NCBI GenBank assembly: GCA_050942995.1 | Contig: JBMNOI010000001.1 | Location: 776 to 64,775, forward strand | DNA: 64,000 nt | Direction: 5' to 3' | Source of the DNA: Anaerolineae bacterium | Lineage (GTDB): Bacteria > Chloroflexota > Anaerolineae > UBA1429 | In this document: positions 62,112-64,000 of the stretch, piece by piece | Layout: each line of letters starts with the position of its first letter | How positions within the stretch are numbered: position 1 is the stretch's first letter | Made by a program: the position numbers and the translations under genes | Notes under the pieces: generated by a model | Seen by the model: the letters and a program-made list of their open reading frames with translations, nothing else | What the model was told of the DNA's origin: nothing | Databases searched by the model: none

Positions 62112-64000
62112 ATGCAAGATTTAAGGTTAAAGCAGGAGCAGCTGCGCAAGCAGACCGATCCCGCCATATTCAAGTTCGAGACGACGGATGAACTCCCGCC
62201 GCTGGATCAGGTGATCGGTCAGGAGCGTGCGGTCCGCGCTATCGATTTCGGCGTGGATATTCCCAGTCCCGGCTACAACATCTATGCCATGGGGCCAACA
62301 GGGTCGGGCCGCACCACAGCCGTGCGCAAGTTCCTGACGCGTCAGGCCGAGAAGCGCCCCGTCCCACCTGAGTGGTGCTATGTATACAATTTCGAGGATC
62401 GACGTCGTCCGCGGGCATTGAGTCTGCCGGCGCGCCGGGCTACGGTGCTGCGGCACCAGATGGACGATCTGGTACAGCAACTCCAGCAAGAGATCCCCCG
62501 CGCCTTTGAGGGCGAGCATTATGAACAGCGCCGCCGCGAGATCATGATGCGCATTCAAGAGCACCAGCAAGAGCTGTACCAGAACCTGGAACACTATCTG
62601 AACGAACGGGGCTTTGCCCTCATCCGCTCACAGGTGGGGCTGGCCATCGCTCCGATAGTGGAAGGGCGGGTGCTCACCGGCGAGGATTACCAAAGGCTCG
62701 ACCCCGAGACGCGCAAACAGTTCGAGGCGTATCGTCCCGATCTGCAGGAGCAGTTCGACAGGACCATGCGTGAAGCGCGCGAGCTGGATCGCGAGGCACG
62801 GCAGGCTATCGAGAACATTACCGCCGAGCTGGCCGGGTTCGTCGTCGACAGTCTGATGGAGGACGTTCGCGAGAACTTTCGCGATTGTGATGAGGTGCTC
62901 GAGTATCTGGACGCTGTGCGTCAGGATATCGTCGAGAATGTCGAGCTGTTCACCGCTCCGCAAGAGGGCGAGGAGCAGAACGTCATCGCGATGATTCGGC
63001 AGTCGCGGAGCGATCGTGGCCTGGATCGTTACCAGGTGAATGTGCTGGCGGCCACCGCCGACGGCGAACATGCTCCGGTCGTGTTCGAGGACAATCCGAC
63101 TTATCAAAATCTCGTCGGCCGCATCGAATATCGCGCCGAGTTTGGCGCCATGATCACCGATTTCAACCAGATCCGCGCAGGTGCGCTGCACCGCGCCAAC
63201 GGCGGCTATCTGGTGGTCGAGGCGAAAAAGCTGCTGGTGAACCCCATGGCCTGGGATGGCCTCAAGCGGGCGCTGCGCAACCGCGAGATCAAGATCGAAG
63301 AGATGGCCCAGTTCTACGGCCTGGTCAGCACCGTCAGCCTCGAGCCGGAGCCGATTCCGCTGGACGTCAAGGTCGTCCTCATCGGTGACGAGATGATCTA
63401 CCAGTTGCTGCATATCTACGATGAGGATTTCCGCGAGCTGTTCAAGGTGCAGGCCCAGTTTACCCCCGATATGCAACGCAACGAACAAACCGCCCAGGAC
63501 TATGCTCTGTTCGTCGGCGACGTCGTGCGTCGGGAAAACCTGCGCCACTTTGACCGCACTGCCACGGCGCGCCTGCTGGACGAGGCCGCCCGCATGGCCG
63601 ACGATCAGGAAAAGATAACCACACGCTTTGCCGAGAGCACCAGCCTGATACGCGAGGCGTCGTTCTGGGCCGGCAGAGCCGGCCGGGATGTGGTCACGGC
63701 CGAGGATGTGCGCACCGCCGTCGAAGAGCGGCTACGTCGGCGCAACTTTGCCGTCGAGCGTTATGTCGAGCGAGTGATGGAGGGCGTGCTCCTCATCGAC
63801 ACAAAGGGCACTGCCGTCGGTCAGGTGAACGGCCTGTCGGTTGTACAGATCGCCGATTTCCAGTTCGGCCTGCCCTCGCGCATCACCGCGCGTACCTTTA
63901 TGGGTCGCGCGGGCGTAATCAGCATCGAGCGAGAGGTCAAGATGAGCGGCCCCATCCATGACAAGGGACAGCTCATCCTCTCATCGTATCTGGCCAATCG
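62112..64000 (+). CDS. Lon-like ATP-dependent protease (LonB/LonC-type, no N-terminal LAN domain), partial
   Basis: Not in the track because it runs off the window end. Open frame from ATG 62112. MQDLRLKQEQL...IYAMGPTGSGRTTAVRKFL Walker A. Downstream Lon-like proteolytic-domain pattern ...GRAGVISIEREVKMSGPIHDKG. Confidence 0.75.
   Translation, partial: MQDLRLKQEQLRKQTDPAIFKFETTDELPPLDQVIGQERAVRAIDFGVDIPSPGYNIYAMGPTGSGRTTAVRKFLTRQAEKRPVPPEWCYVYNFEDRRRPRALSLPARRATVLRHQMDDLVQQLQQEIPRAFEGEHYEQRRREIMMRIQEHQQELYQNLEHYLNERGFALIRSQVGLAIAPIVEGRVLTGEDYQRLDPETRKQFEAYRPDLQEQFDRTMREARELDREARQAIENITAELAGFVVDSLMEDVRENFRDCDEVLEYLDAVRQDIVENVELFTAPQEGEEQNVIAMIRQSRSDRGLDRYQVNVLAATADGEHAPVVFEDNPTYQNLVGRIEYRAEFGAMITDFNQIRAGALHRANGGYLVVEAKKLLVNPMAWDGLKRALRNREIKIEEMAQFYGLVSTVSLEPEPIPLDVKVVLIGDEMIYQLLHIYDEDFRELFKVQAQFTPDMQRNEQTAQDYALFVGDVVRRENLRHFDRTATARLLDEAARMADDQEKITTRFAESTSLIREASFWAGRAGRDVVTAEDVRTAVEERLRRRNFAVERYVERVMEGVLLIDTKGTAVGQVNGLSVVQIADFQFGLPSRITARTFMGRAGVISIEREVKMSGPIHDKGQLILSSYLAN

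Noticed and set aside
62628-63548. 306-aa minus-strand ORF (also 62127..62594)
   Set aside because: Antisense to the Lon-like protease, whose plus-strand frame is open from 62112 to the window end with Walker A and Lon protease motifs.

Overview
High-GC (about 65%) bacterial chromosomal window, densely coded, no rRNA, CRISPR array, IS element or prophage detected. Contents are mostly housekeeping genes: F420/NADP oxidoreductase-like, two tandem GT-C/ArnT-PMT-like giant membrane glycosyltransferases, an enolase-superfamily enzyme, several GNATs, trpB2, serA, folC, pcrA, rpsA. A block from clpC to rplL (clpC-radA-PIN/TRAM-gltX-cysS-rlmB-tRNAs-tuf-rpmG-tRNATrp-secE-nusG-rplK-rplA-rplJ-rplL) follows a Firmicutes-like gene order. 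After it come topA, lpdA, ftsH, a sugar-isomerase cluster and a partial Lon-like protease. Five observations stand out. (1) A low-GC, horizontally acquired island at about 17.1-20.3 kb encodes a Type II R-M system (C5-cytosine methyltransferase, C-protein-like HTH controller, HNH restriction nuclease) plus an EndoIII-family [4Fe-4S] glycosylase resembling Mig-type T/G mismatch glycosylases. (2) At 11.15-12.0 kb, two paralogous ~200-nt structured RNA elements sit in tandem, each with its own sigma70-like promoter and intrinsic terminator. Their closing helices covary between the copies. The core resembles a cobalamin riboswitch (CCACUG...GGGAAG), but this is unconfirmed. The tandem RNAs sit upstream of an operon encoding a membrane EEP nuclease/phosphatase, an NYN-Zn-ribbon-cold-shock-domain fusion protein and a GNAT. 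(3) A ~355-nt promoter-to-terminator transcription unit with no coding potential occupies the position where disA lies in the Bacillus gene order. (4) A dispersed family of ~43-bp perfect palindromic repeats sits between convergent genes. (5) The trpB2 leader looks T-box-like. Many long antisense ORFs in the six-frame track are high-GC artefacts. Several start codons were re-placed by codon arithmetic and by RBS position; exact positions carry about 3 nt of uncertainty where I could not fully verify them.
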